Below are positions 44,576 through 53,976 of a stretch of DNA of 64,000 nucleotides, piece by piece (the stretch's first letter is position 1; each line of letters begins with the position of its first letter). The position numbers and the translations under genes are program-made. Source of the stretch: an uncultured Actinomycetota bacterium. Lineage in GTDB: Bacteria; Actinomycetota; Geothermincolia; Geothermincolales; RBG-13-55-18. The notes beneath the pieces are model-generated. The model was not told where the DNA came from. It worked only from the letters and a program-made list of their open reading frames with translations, and did not search any database. Location: the NCBI GenBank assembly GCA_964462595.1, contig CAYWXM010000014.1, positions 7,341-71,340 on the forward strand. Reading direction: 5' to 3'.

Positions 44576-45595
44576 GTGAACAAAGCCGAGAGGCTCATCG
44601 ATCTCATCGCCATGCTGCTGGAGGCGCAGCGCCCGGTTACCCTCGAGCGCATACGCAATTCCATCCCCGGATACGGGCAGGCGACCGCGCCCTCCTTCAA
44701 GCGCATGTTCGAGCGCGATAAGAGCGAGCTGCGGGAGATGGGGATCCCCATCCTGGTCGAGCAGGTGGATGTCTTCGGGGAGGAGCAGGGATACCGCATC
44801 CCCAAGGAGGAGTACTACCTGCCGGAGATCGACTTCACCCAGGAGGAGAAGCTGGCCCTGCTGCTGGTGAACCGGCTCTCATCCGGTGAGCTGACGCCGC
44901 TGTCCAGGGAGGCGGGCGCCGCCCTGCGCAAGTTGAGTCCCGATATCGGCGACGGCAGCCGGCTCGTGCAGACGCATTCCCTTCACTGGCGGTTCGAGCC
45001 CCAGAACGAACCCGTGGGAAGCCTCACCGCTTTATGGGAAGCGGCGGCGGGGCGGCGCACCGTGCGTTTCGTTTACCATTCCCTGGGGAAAGGCAAGGCA
45101 CGCGGAAGAGACATCGACCCCTACGGCCTCTACTTCGAGCGGGGGGCCTGGTACGTGGTGGGATATTGCCACCTGCGCAAGCAGATCCGCTCCTTCAGGG
45201 TCTCCCGCATCGAGTCATCGGTGGAGCTGGCCCATCCCGGGCAGAGCGGACCCGATTTCGACCGCCCGCCCGATTTCAGGCTGGAGGACTACTCGCGCAT
45301 ACTTCCCTGGGAGTTCGAGGAGGGGGCGGAGTACGAGGCACGCGTCCTTTTCTCCCCCCGCATGGCATGGCAGGTGGAGAGGGACTTGGGGGATGTATAT
45401 GCTTTCGAGCCCGTCGAGGACGGAGGCGGCATACTATACGTGAACGTGCGCAACGAGGACGCCTTCCTCGGCTGGGTCCTTTCCTTCGCCGAGGATGCGG
45501 AGGTGCTCTCGCCGCCCGAACTGCGCCGTAAGGTCAAGGAAAGGCTATCGCTTATGCTGGACAAGCTGGGTGGTGACGGCGATGCCGGACTCTGA
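44576..45595 (+). CDS. HTH-WYL domain transcriptional regulator (PafB-like)
   Basis: NKAERLIDLIAMLLEAQRPVTLERIRNSIPGY ... DPYGLYFERGAWYVVGYCHLRKQIRSFRVSRI. GTG 44576 behind GGGAGG. Confidence 0.85.
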   Translation: MNKAERLIDLIAMLLEAQRPVTLERIRNSIPGYGQATAPSFKRMFERDKSELREMGIPILVEQVDVFGEEQGYRIPKEEYYLPEIDFTQEEKLALLLVNRLSSGELTPLSREAGAALRKLSPDIGDGSRLVQTHSLHWRFEPQNEPVGSLTALWEAAAGRRTVRFVYHSLGKGKARGRDIDPYGLYFERGAWYVVGYCHLRKQIRSFRVSRIESSVELAHPGQSGPDFDRPPDFRLEDYSRILPWEFEEGAEYEARVLFSPRMAWQVERDLGDVYAFEPVEDGGGILYVNVRNEDAFLGWVLSFAEDAEVLSPPELRRKVKERLSLMLDKLGGDGDAGL

Positions 45596-46553
45596 AGGCA
45601 AGATCCAGAGGCTGTTATCGGTTATCCCCTATGTCCTGAAGAACCAGGGGGTGTCCCTGAGCGAGCTGAGCGAGGTCTTCGGGGTGTCGCAGGCCCAGAT
45701 CATAAGCGACCTCGACCTCATCTTCATGTGTGGACAGCCGGACTATACCCCCGCCGACCTCATCGAGGTGACCATAGACGGTGAACGCGTCAGCATAGCC
45801 ATGGCCGATTACTTCGCCCGCCCCCTGCGTTTTACCTCGGCCGAACTCTCCGGGCTCTACCTGGCCTGCGAAGCGGTGCAGAAGCTCTCCGGTCTGCCGG
45901 CTTCCTCCTCTCTCAACACGGCCATGGACAAGATAGCGTCCGCGCTCGAAGGGGGAGCCGTTCCCCGGGACCTTATCAGGAAGAGCGTGGAGTTTAACCG
46001 GCCTACTCCGGGGCCGGAGATAGTATCCGAGCTCTCGCTTGCCTGCGAACAGCGCCACGTTGTCGAGATGGAGTACTACAGCTACGGCAGGGACGATATC
46101 ACGCGCAGGCGGGTCCACCCCCTGTCGCTGGAGTTCGGGATGGGAAACTGGTACCTGCGGGCCTGGGACGGACGCAGCAGCGAGGTCAGGGTGTTCCGCG
46201 TAGATCGTATCAAGGACATGGAGGTAACCGCCGAGGAGTTCGAGCCGCCGCCCGGGGAAGAGGCGGGAGAGCCGGAGTACGCTCCGGCCGGCGTCGCCGC
46301 GGGCGGTGAGATAGAGGTGTGCCTGCGTTTTTCGCCCGCCCTCGCCCGCTGGGCGAAGGAGCAGCCCATCTTCTCGCAGGCCGAGACGGTAAAGGGACGC
46401 CTCGTCTGCACCCTGCACACCGACAACCTCTCCTGGCTGGAAAGGGAGCTGCTGAAATACGGCAGCGAGGTAGAGATACTGTCGCCCCCGGAGCTCAAGG
46501 ACAGGTTGCGAACGCGCGCCAGGAACCTGCTCGCCAAGTACGCGCGGGATTAG
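45582..46553 (+). CDS. HTH-WYL domain transcriptional regulator (PafC-like)
   Basis: IQRLLSVIPYVLKNQGVSLSELSEVFGVSQAQIISDLDLIFMCG ... HPLSLEFGMGNWYLRAWDGRSSEVRVFRVDRI. 14-nt overlap with the upstream paralogue. Confidence 0.85.
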   Translation: MPDSEGKIQRLLSVIPYVLKNQGVSLSELSEVFGVSQAQIISDLDLIFMCGQPDYTPADLIEVTIDGERVSIAMADYFARPLRFTSAELSGLYLACEAVQKLSGLPASSSLNTAMDKIASALEGGAVPRDLIRKSVEFNRPTPGPEIVSELSLACEQRHVVEMEYYSYGRDDITRRRVHPLSLEFGMGNWYLRAWDGRSSEVRVFRVDRIKDMEVTAEEFEPPPGEEAGEPEYAPAGVAAGGEIEVCLRFSPALARWAKEQPIFSQAETVKGRLVCTLHTDNLSWLERELLKYGSEVEILSPPELKDRLRTRARNLLAKYARD

Positions 46554-46778
46554 CTTCATTGCCATGCATGCCATCTCCTCTTTCGGGTAGCATCGTCGCC
46601 GAAACCCTGAAATCCGATCGAGATCCTCTCGAGTCAGACGATTACCGGGACGGGCGGAGACGGCAGGCAGAGCCGGGCTCAGGTCCAGGGATGACTCGAG
46701 AGGCAGGCCTGGGTGGAAACATTCGAGGTTCGTGCCGAGCGAGCGCCTGAAGGATGAGGCTATGCGGAAACACCGGGC

Positions 46779-47105
46779 TCAGACCCGGGGATTACGGGAA
46801 AGGTACGCCTGGCGGAAGCGGTCGAGGCTCATGCTGTCGAGGTCGCCTTTTATCTCCTTCTGGCGGCGGCGGGCCTGCTCCAGTTCCTTGTAGCGTTCGC
46901 CGTAGACCAGTCGTTGCACGCGGAAATCCCACACCTCCACCAGGAAACCATCCCCATAGGAAGCGTCTACGAAGCCCTTGGTAATGCGTACCTTATAGGC
47001 CGCGTTGGCCGATTCGCTGCCGTTACCGGACACCAATGTCTCTCGCCTGTGCAATTCCTCTCCCGCCGTATAGTATTTTTCAGCGCGTAGATATAATTCT
47101 AACAC
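46779..47105 (-). CDS. Hypothetical protein (108 aa)
   Basis: Open frame with normal amino-acid composition, but a GTG start and no visible RBS. Confidence 0.35.
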   Translation of the reverse strand: MLELYLRAEKYYTAGEELHRRETLVSGNGSESANAAYKVRITKGFVDASYGDGFLVEVWDFRVQRLVYGERYKELEQARRRQKEIKGDLDSMSLDRFRQAYLSRNPRV

Positions 47106-47403
47106 CGCGCCGCAAATATAAAATACAATTAGACATTTTATGTATGGTGCTATATTATGGTTACCCCCACGGAAAACACCTTGAAGGCAGCAGCGATGTG
47201 ATCATATTGCGTTTCGGAAATCCTGCTGTCGCTGTCAGAGCCGTGGCTCAACGCGATCCTTCCCCGCCCGTAAGCCGTACCCGCCAGGCACTCCTCCGCC
47301 GACCAGAGCCGCGAGATACCGGATGCGAAAACCCGGACTACAGAATACCGGGGTTCAGATATTATAATGGTCTGGACCATGGTCTTTTCCGCGGGAAGGA
47401 AAT

Positions 47404-48183
47404 ATGACGAGAAAGATCTTGTCCGCTCTGCTGTCGATGATGCTCCTGCTCGTCCTGGTGGGGTGCGGGGAAAGTGGAGAGATGAGCCTCTCCGATTACC
47501 GTAAGGGCATCTCCGAGCTGCACGACGGGGTGGCCTGGGACCTCGGGGTGACCCTGGAGGATTTGAACGAGCTCAGCTTCGGCGATTACTACGACCTGCC
47601 GCAGCTACGGGAGGTATTCGCGAGCGCCGAGGGTATTTTCACCTCTGCATGGGATACAGCCGAACCCATGTACCCACCGCAGGAAGCGGTTCCCCTTCAC
47701 CTGGATATAATGGATTTTTACGCCGAGGGCGCGGAGAGCATGAACTTGCTGGAAAACTCCATCGGGTTTTTCGAGGCCGTTCTGCCCATGATGCGCGATG
47801 TCGAGAACCTGGCCTTGCCCGACCTGCCCGAAAACGCCGGGGAGCCGGAGGTCAAGGCGGCGGCGGCGGAGGACCGCAAGACCATGGGTGGTTACCTGGA
47901 TGAACTCGGCGGCATGGAGCCGCCAGATGAGCTGCAATCCTATCGCGAGAAACTGACGGAGTTCTTCCGCTCCATCGACGAGGCCGTGGCCGCCCTGGAA
48001 CAGGCCGTCAAGCCGGAGGACCTTGCTCCCCTGGTACAGTTTCGGCAGTGGTTCTCCACGGCCCTCGGGACCTCGCAGGCGCTGTGGGAGGAGGCCATGT
48101 CCTATCTCGGCGGCCTGGGAGGCGGCATCGACCCATATATAGAAAAGGGAAAGGAAATAGCCGCACGGATCCAGATGCTTTGA
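47404..48183 (+). CDS. Lipoprotein, unknown function
   Basis: Signal peptide plus lipobox MTRKILSALLSMMLLLVLVGC. RBS GGGAAGGAAAT. TATAAT at 47363-47368. Confidence 0.8.
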   Translation: MTRKILSALLSMMLLLVLVGCGESGEMSLSDYRKGISELHDGVAWDLGVTLEDLNELSFGDYYDLPQLREVFASAEGIFTSAWDTAEPMYPPQEAVPLHLDIMDFYAEGAESMNLLENSIGFFEAVLPMMRDVENLALPDLPENAGEPEVKAAAAEDRKTMGGYLDELGGMEPPDELQSYREKLTEFFRSIDEAVAALEQAVKPEDLAPLVQFRQWFSTALGTSQALWEEAMSYLGGLGGGIDPYIEKGKEIAARIQML

Positions 48184-48250
48184 ACACTCATGCGGGCGCT
48201 CTCGTCGGGGTGCAGGGCGTGAAACCGGAGGTACAAACAGGAGGTCTGCT

Positions 48251-49726
48251 TTGAACGACAATGGCATTGACGCGGTAGAAGCGCTTTTCAACCCACGCCG
48301 CATGGCCGTGATAGGGGCTTCCACCAACCTGGCGAAGTGGGGAAACATCATCCCCAACAATATTCTGCGCGACGGTTACAAGGGAGAGCTGTATCTCGTC
48401 AATCCGAGAGGCGGGGAGATTAAGGGGCTGGCCTTCCACCCCAGTATCGCGGGCATAGGCAAGGAGATAGACCTGGCCATGATCACCATACCGGCGGAAA
48501 ACGCGGAGGAGGTCATACCGGAATGCGCCCGCGCCGGGGTGAAGGTGGCCATAGTGATCTCGGGTGGTTTCGGCGAATCCTCCCTCGAGGGGCGCGAGAT
48601 GGAGAAGAGCCTGGTGGCTACGGCCCACGCCCACGGCATAAGGGTCGTGGGGCCGAACACCATGGGCATAACCTCGGCGCCCTGGAGCCTGACCGCCCTC
48701 ATGCCCCCGGTCAAGCCCCGCCCCGGGCACGTGGCCTTCGCCGCCCAGAGCGGCAACCTGGGGACGCAGATGCTGGGATGGGGTTCTCACCGTGGCATAG
48801 GTTTCTCCCGCTTTGTGTGCATCGGAAACGAGTGCGACCTCGACTTCGCCGATTACATGGAGTATTTCGCCCGGGACGACCAGACCAGGGCCATCCTGCT
48901 CTACGTGGAGGGGTTCAAACGGCCCCGACGCATCCTGGAGCTGGCGGAGGACATAAGCCTTGTCAAGCCCATCGTCATATACAAGTCCGGGGGTACCGGC
49001 GCCGGGAAGAGGGCGGCGGCATCGCACAGCGCGGCCATGGCCGGCTCGCGCGAGATCTACCAGGGCATGATCCGGCAGGCGGGCATGATACAGGCCGAGA
49101 CCACCGAGGAGATGCTGGATTTCTCCGACGCCCTGGTGAAGATGCCCGTGCCCCGGAGCCGCAGGACGGCCATCCTCTCCTGGGGCGGCGGCTGGGCGGT
49201 GGTGGCGGCGGACCTGTGCGAGCGCGCCGGGCTGGACGTCTCCCCCCTGCCGGATGATGTCAGGGACGAGCTGGGGTCGATACTGCCCTCTTACTGGAGC
49301 AAGGGCAACCCCGTGGACATGGTGGGCATCCTGGACCTGGACAAGCACACAAATTGCCTCGAGGTGCTGGCCAATTCCCCAGCGTACGATTCCGTCGTCT
49401 CCCTGGGCACCATCAACGCCTCCGGCGCCTTCGGTTTGAAGGAGGCGCCGCCGCAGGGTGAGGGGACGGAAAAGCAGATGAACGAGGTACGACGCCATTA
49501 CGTGCACGACAGGAGCGTGCGTTTCGCGCACAAGGTGGTCGAGCTGATGGAAGGGCTGGAGAAACCCATCGTCACCGTGGGCATGCCCCAGCGGGATACG
49601 GAGAACCTGGAGGATTCCGATTTCCCCTGGGAGAAGATAAGCATCTACTCCAACCCCGAGAGGGCGGCGCGGGTGGCGTCCATGCTTGCCGAGCGGGGCG
49701 AATACCTGAGATCGCGGGGGGTGTGA
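48251..49726 (+). CDS. ADP-forming acyl/acetyl-CoA synthetase alpha-type subunit (CoA-binding plus SCS-like flavodoxin domains)
   Basis: FNPRRMAVIGASTNLAKWGNIIPNNIL ... DLAMITIPAENAEEVIPECARAGVKVAIVISGGFGE ... VGPNTMGI. TTG start behind CAGGAGG. Confidence 0.87.
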   Translation: MNDNGIDAVEALFNPRRMAVIGASTNLAKWGNIIPNNILRDGYKGELYLVNPRGGEIKGLAFHPSIAGIGKEIDLAMITIPAENAEEVIPECARAGVKVAIVISGGFGESSLEGREMEKSLVATAHAHGIRVVGPNTMGITSAPWSLTALMPPVKPRPGHVAFAAQSGNLGTQMLGWGSHRGIGFSRFVCIGNECDLDFADYMEYFARDDQTRAILLYVEGFKRPRRILELAEDISLVKPIVIYKSGGTGAGKRAAASHSAAMAGSREIYQGMIRQAGMIQAETTEEMLDFSDALVKMPVPRSRRTAILSWGGGWAVVAADLCERAGLDVSPLPDDVRDELGSILPSYWSKGNPVDMVGILDLDKHTNCLEVLANSPAYDSVVSLGTINASGAFGLKEAPPQGEGTEKQMNEVRRHYVHDRSVRFAHKVVELMEGLEKPIVTVGMPQRDTENLEDSDFPWEKISIYSNPERAARVASMLAERGEYLRSRGV

Positions 49727-50535
49727 TGGGGATTCTCCCCGCCCTGCTGCTGGGCGCGGTGCAGGGGTTGACCGAGTTCTGGCCCATATCCAGTTCCGCC
49801 CACCTGGCCCTGCTCATCCACATCTTCGGCTGGGGCGAGCCCGACCTCTCGTTCCTGGTCGCCCTGCACCTGGGGACGTGGCTGGCTGTGGTGTGGTACT
49901 ACCGCCGCAGGCTGCTTTCCATAATCGCGGCGATGTGGCGGGAGGTCACGGGAAAGAAACCCGGCGACCCCGAGGCCAGGCTGGGCTGGTTGATCCTGCT
50001 CGCCACCATCCCTGCCATCGCCGTGGGGGCCGTAGGCGCGGAGTCCTCGGAGATGATGGAGGGGATGCCGCTGCTCATGGTGGTGATGCTCGCCTTGTTC
50101 GGGCTGGTGCTGTGGGCCGCCGACGCACGCGGCGCCCAGAGCAGGGACTGGAACGCGGCAGGCTGGCGCGAGGCGCTGGCGGTGGGGGTGGGACAGACCT
50201 TGGCGCTGATGCCCGGGGTCTCGCGCTCCGGCGCCTCTATCTCCGTGGCCCGTGCCGCGGGCATAGACCGCAAGGACGCCGCCGATTTCGCTTTCCTGCT
50301 CTCCGTTCCCGTCATCGGGGCGGCCGCGGCTTACCAGGGGTTCAAGCTGGTGCTGGACGGCCTGCCCGCGGACCGGCTCTGGCCCATGCTGGCCGGAGGC
50401 GCCACCGCCGCGGTAACCGGCTACTTCGCCATCGGCTTCCTGCTCTCGCGCCTCAAGGCCGGCACCTTCCGGCCGTACGCCATCTACCGCCTGATACTCG
50501 CGGCCGTACTCCTGGTGGTGCTGGTCATCCTCTAG
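49726..50535 (+). CDS. uppP: Undecaprenyl-diphosphate phosphatase
   Basis: LLGAVQGLTEFWPISSSAHL ... GQTLALMPGVSRSGASI. ATG overlaps the upstream TGA by one base. Confidence 0.92.
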   Translation: MGILPALLLGAVQGLTEFWPISSSAHLALLIHIFGWGEPDLSFLVALHLGTWLAVVWYYRRRLLSIIAAMWREVTGKKPGDPEARLGWLILLATIPAIAVGAVGAESSEMMEGMPLLMVVMLALFGLVLWAADARGAQSRDWNAAGWREALAVGVGQTLALMPGVSRSGASISVARAAGIDRKDAADFAFLLSVPVIGAAAAYQGFKLVLDGLPADRLWPMLAGGATAAVTGYFAIGFLLSRLKAGTFRPYAIYRLILAAVLLVVLVIL

Positions 50536-50634
50536 GAATGAGGCATGCCCTCAGATAGCGTGGAGATCACCTTCGCCCGATCTTATGAAACGGGAAATCG
50601 TGTGGAGTTTGCCATGCTACGGGCGAGCCGGCTT

Positions 50635-51294
50635 TTATCCTGTCTTGTACTCCCGTACCCTTTCCTCCAGCCAGTCGGCCCAGTCGGACAGGCCTTCGTT
50701 CTTGCGGCAGCTCACCTCGAATATGACCAGGCGCTGGTTCATGCGCGACAGGATTTCGCGCAGCTCCGCCATGTCGAAGTCGCTCATGCCGAGGAGGTCG
50801 GTCTTGTTCACCACCAGCACGTCGGAGTCGCTGAACATGGTGGGGTACTTGAGGGGTTTGTCGTGCCCCTCGGCCACGGAGAGTATCATGGCCCTGAGAG
50901 ATTCTCCCAGTTTGAAATCGGCCGGACAGACCAGGTTGCCCACGTTCTCGATGATCAGCAGGTCCAGAGCCTCCAGGTCCAGGTGGGGGAGGGCCTGCCG
51001 TATCATTAGCGCGTCCAGGTGGCAGATGCCGCCGGTGTTTATCTGCACCACCGGGATGCCATATCCCTTGAGCTTCTCCGCGTCCACGTTGGAGGCTATG
51101 TCACCCTCGATAACCCCCACTCTCACCCTGCCCTCGAGCAGCTCCAGGGTATGGGCGATGAGCGAGGTCTTGCCCGCCCCGGGCGAGGCCATGAGGTTCA
51201 CGGCCAGCACTCCGCTGGCGCGGAACAGGGCATCGTTCTCGCGCGCCACCTTTTCGTTGGCGTCGTAGATACTCTCCAGGACCTCTATATCCAT
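50635..51294 (-). CDS. hypB: Hydrogenase nickel incorporation GTPase HypB
   Basis: VLAVNLMASPGAGKTSL (P-loop) ... GGICHLDA ... LLIIENVGNLVCPA ... VVNKTDL. Trimmed to ATG 51292-51294 behind GGGAGG. No CxxCGC or His-rich N-terminus. Confidence 0.92.
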   Translation of the reverse strand: MDIEVLESIYDANEKVARENDALFRASGVLAVNLMASPGAGKTSLIAHTLELLEGRVRVGVIEGDIASNVDAEKLKGYGIPVVQINTGGICHLDALMIRQALPHLDLEALDLLIIENVGNLVCPADFKLGESLRAMILSVAEGHDKPLKYPTMFSDSDVLVVNKTDLLGMSDFDMAELREILSRMNQRLVIFEVSCRKNEGLSDWADWLEERVREYKTG

Positions 51295-51443
51295 CCTCGC
51301 CTCCCATCCAGGCCCGACCGTACGGGCAGTACTCGTCTGGTGAGCCCCACGGAACCTATTATAATGGCCCGGCTCCCCGCGCGGGGCACCCCGCCTGCGG
51401 CGCCGCTGCCATCCACCAGCACCCCTGAGTTCATCCCCGCCTC

Positions 51444-51785
51444 CTATTCGATCTCGATGGATTCGACCATGAACTCGCGCCCCGAAATCAGCTCGGTGTC
51501 CTTCCTGCCGCACTTGGGGCAGGTGAGGTCGTATTCCTTCACCTCGAAATCCTCGTCGCAGTCGGGGCAGTGTGCCACCACCGGCACCTTGATGAAGTTC
51601 AGTTCCGCCTCGTGCGCGATGGTGTCCTTGGTCACCATGTCCCAGTAGAAGGCCACGTAATGGTCCACGATCCCCGTCAGCTCGCCCAGCTTCACGTTGA
51701 CCTTGATGACGCGCTTTGCCTTGTTGGCCTGGGCGTGCCTCAGGCATATGGCGGCGATGCTCTCGGTAGCTCCGAGTTCGTGCAT
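51444..51785 (-). CDS. hypA: Hydrogenase nickel insertion protein HypA
   Basis: MHELGATESI (MHE nickel motif) ... CPDCDEDF ... CPKCG zinc site. RBS GGAAGGAGACA. Confidence 0.92.
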   Translation of the reverse strand: MHELGATESIAAICLRHAQANKAKRVIKVNVKLGELTGIVDHYVAFYWDMVTKDTIAHEAELNFIKVPVVAHCPDCDEDFEVKEYDLTCPKCGRKDTELISGREFMVESIEIE

Positions 51786-52116
51786 TGTCTCCTTCCTCTC
51801 CTCGCCGTGCCTATCCCGGCCTTTGAATAGGATAATACGGCGCGTACATTTAGGGAAATGAGCCTGCTCAAGCTGCTTACTCTCCTGGAAACTTCCCGCG
51901 ATCTGTGCGAAAATGTCGGGGTATTGAACGCGCCATGCATTACGCAGCAGGATGCGCAGCAAGATACGCAGTTTGACCGAGGTAATCGATGGAACAGCAT
52001 AAGCAGCAGCGCGGCGCATGCGCGTCCCGCTTTGACCCCGGGGCCTGTTATCCCAAGACCCAGGTATCCTGCTTGTGCCGTTCCACGTTGCGGATAAAGG
52101 ATCGGGAGGTTTGAGG

Positions 52117-53175
52117 ATGAGCCACGCCAACGAAAGGCTGTTCGACCACGCTCTGGCCCGGGAAGTGAAATCGAGAAAAAAGCGGGCGGAAAAAGATAAA
52201 AGGATGCCCCTCAAGGAAGCGGTGGCCGAGTTCGTGCAGGACGGGGATTCCATCATCGAGGCCGGGTTCTCGTACGTGAGGGGCCCCATGGCCGCCTTCT
52301 GGGAGATAGGCCGCCAGCGCAAGAAGAACCTGGTGGGCATCTTCACCCCGGGAGGCATGAACGCCGCCTGGCACGAGTTCGGCGGCCTCGAGGGGGCACA
52401 CGTGGCCTACGTGGGCGTGGAGATGCGCGGCCTGGTGGCGCCCTTCCGGCGGGGGGTCGAGGCCGGCACCCTGAAGGTTTTTTCCGACTGGAGCCACGGC
52501 GGGATGGCGCTCTCGCTCATGGCTGCGGAGAAGGGGTTGGACTACGTGGCCTGCAAATCCATGCTGGGCACGGACATCATGAACACCAACCCTTACATCA
52601 GGGAAGCCGAGAACCCCTTCACGGGAGAGCCGGTATGCCTGGTTCCCGCCATGTATCCGGACGTGGCTATCATCCACGTCCACCACGCCGACAAGCACGG
52701 AAACGGGCGCATCTGGGGCCCCGCCATAAACGACCAGTCCATCTGCGTGGCTGCCCATAAGGTCATCGTGACCTGCGAGCGCATAGTAGATACGCTGGAT
52801 ATCCGCGCCAATCCCTACCAGGTGATAGTGCCCCACTACACCGTCGATGCGGTGTGCGAGGTGCCCTACGGCGCCTTCCCCGGGGACATGCCGGGAACGT
52901 ATTACTTCGACCGCAGACTGCAGGAGAGGGTGGTGCGCGTGGAATGGAAGACGTCGGAGAGCACCCGGGAGTGGTACGAGAAGTACATCCTGGGCACGAA
53001 AGACCATTTCGAGATGATACAGATGGTCGCGGAGGACGAGGGCATGAACGCCGTCGAGTACATGAAGCGGCTGGAGCACCTGGCCTGCGACGCCGCCTAT
53101 TACGGCATAGGCTCCTGGGGGATCGGCGGCGACCGCGACTGGAAATACGAGGAAGTGGCCAAGCGGCCCGTCTGA
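52117..53175 (+). CDS. CoA-transferase subunit A (glutaconate-CoA-transferase-like)
   Basis: MPLKEAVAEFVQDGDSIIEAGFS ... VAIIHVHHADKHGNGRIWGP. Start at ATG 52117, behind GGGAGG. Confidence 0.83.
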   Translation: MSHANERLFDHALAREVKSRKKRAEKDKRMPLKEAVAEFVQDGDSIIEAGFSYVRGPMAAFWEIGRQRKKNLVGIFTPGGMNAAWHEFGGLEGAHVAYVGVEMRGLVAPFRRGVEAGTLKVFSDWSHGGMALSLMAAEKGLDYVACKSMLGTDIMNTNPYIREAENPFTGEPVCLVPAMYPDVAIIHVHHADKHGNGRIWGPAINDQSICVAAHKVIVTCERIVDTLDIRANPYQVIVPHYTVDAVCEVPYGAFPGDMPGTYYFDRRLQERVVRVEWKTSESTREWYEKYILGTKDHFEMIQMVAEDEGMNAVEYMKRLEHLACDAAYYGIGSWGIGGDRDWKYEEVAKRPV

Positions 53176-53187
53176 GGAGGAGCGGAT

Positions 53188-53970
53188 ATGAACGACGTGC
53201 AGGCAAAAGAGATCCAGTATACTCCCAGGGAACTCCTGGCTTGCGTGGCCGCCCGCCTGATCGAGGACGGGGAGAGCGTCTTCGTCGGCACCGGGCTGCC
53301 GCTGGTGGGAGCCCTGCTGGCACATAAAATATACGCTCCCGGCATGATGGCCATCTACGAATGCGGCGCCGTGGACCCGGAGCCGCGCGTGCTCCCCTGG
53401 TCGGTCTCCGATTCGTGGACCTGCCACAAGGCCCCGGTCATGCTCTCCATGACCTCCGTCTTCGGCCATACGCGGGCCGGCTTCGCCGACGTTGGGTTCC
53501 TGGGCGGGGCGCAGATCGACATGTTCGGCAATATCAACGCCACGGTCATCGGCGATTACGATGAGCCCAAGGTGCGCCTCACCGGCTCGGGAGGGGCCAA
53601 CGATATCGCCTCTTTGTGCAGCAAGGTCATCTTCATGGGACTGCATCTGCCGGAGCGATTTCCCCGTCGCTGCGATTACGTGACCACGCCCGGCTTTCTC
53701 GACGGCCCGGGCGGGAGGGAAAGCGCCGGCCTGGTGGGTGGCGGCCCCTGGAGGGTGATCTCGCACCTGGGGCTCATGGGTTTCGACGAGGAGACATGCC
53801 GCATGAAACTGCTCTCCTACCACCCGGGGGTCACGCCGGAGGTCATACAGCAGTTCACGGGTTTCGAGCTGTTAGTCGCGGACGATGTAACCGAGACTCC
53901 CAGGCCTACGGAGGAAGAACTGCGGGTGCTGCGGGGGGAAGTCGATCCCTGCCAGCTGTTCGTCTTCTAG
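53188..53970 (+). CDS. CoA-transferase subunit B
   Basis: YTPRELLACVAARLIEDGESVFVGTGLPLVGALLA ... FLGGAQIDMFGNINATVIG ... LTGSGGANDIA. Confidence 0.83.
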   Translation: MNDVQAKEIQYTPRELLACVAARLIEDGESVFVGTGLPLVGALLAHKIYAPGMMAIYECGAVDPEPRVLPWSVSDSWTCHKAPVMLSMTSVFGHTRAGFADVGFLGGAQIDMFGNINATVIGDYDEPKVRLTGSGGANDIASLCSKVIFMGLHLPERFPRRCDYVTTPGFLDGPGGRESAGLVGGGPWRVISHLGLMGFDEETCRMKLLSYHPGVTPEVIQQFTGFELLVADDVTETPRPTEEELRVLRGEVDPCQLFVF

Positions 53971-53976
53971 GCGCCG

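Noticed and set aside
48188-49531. 447-aa minus-strand ORF
   Set aside because: Antisense to the CoA-binding acyl-CoA synthetase subunit.
50635-51747. Long 370-aa version of HypB, and the 304-aa version of HypA (51444..52358)
   Set aside because: The N-terminal extensions are Arg/Gly/Pro-rich and cross intergenic DNA. Internal ATGs at 51294 and 51785 have strong RBSs and give canonical HypB and HypA lengths.
52048-53823. 591-aa minus-strand ORF
   Set aside because: Antisense to both CoA-transferase subunits.
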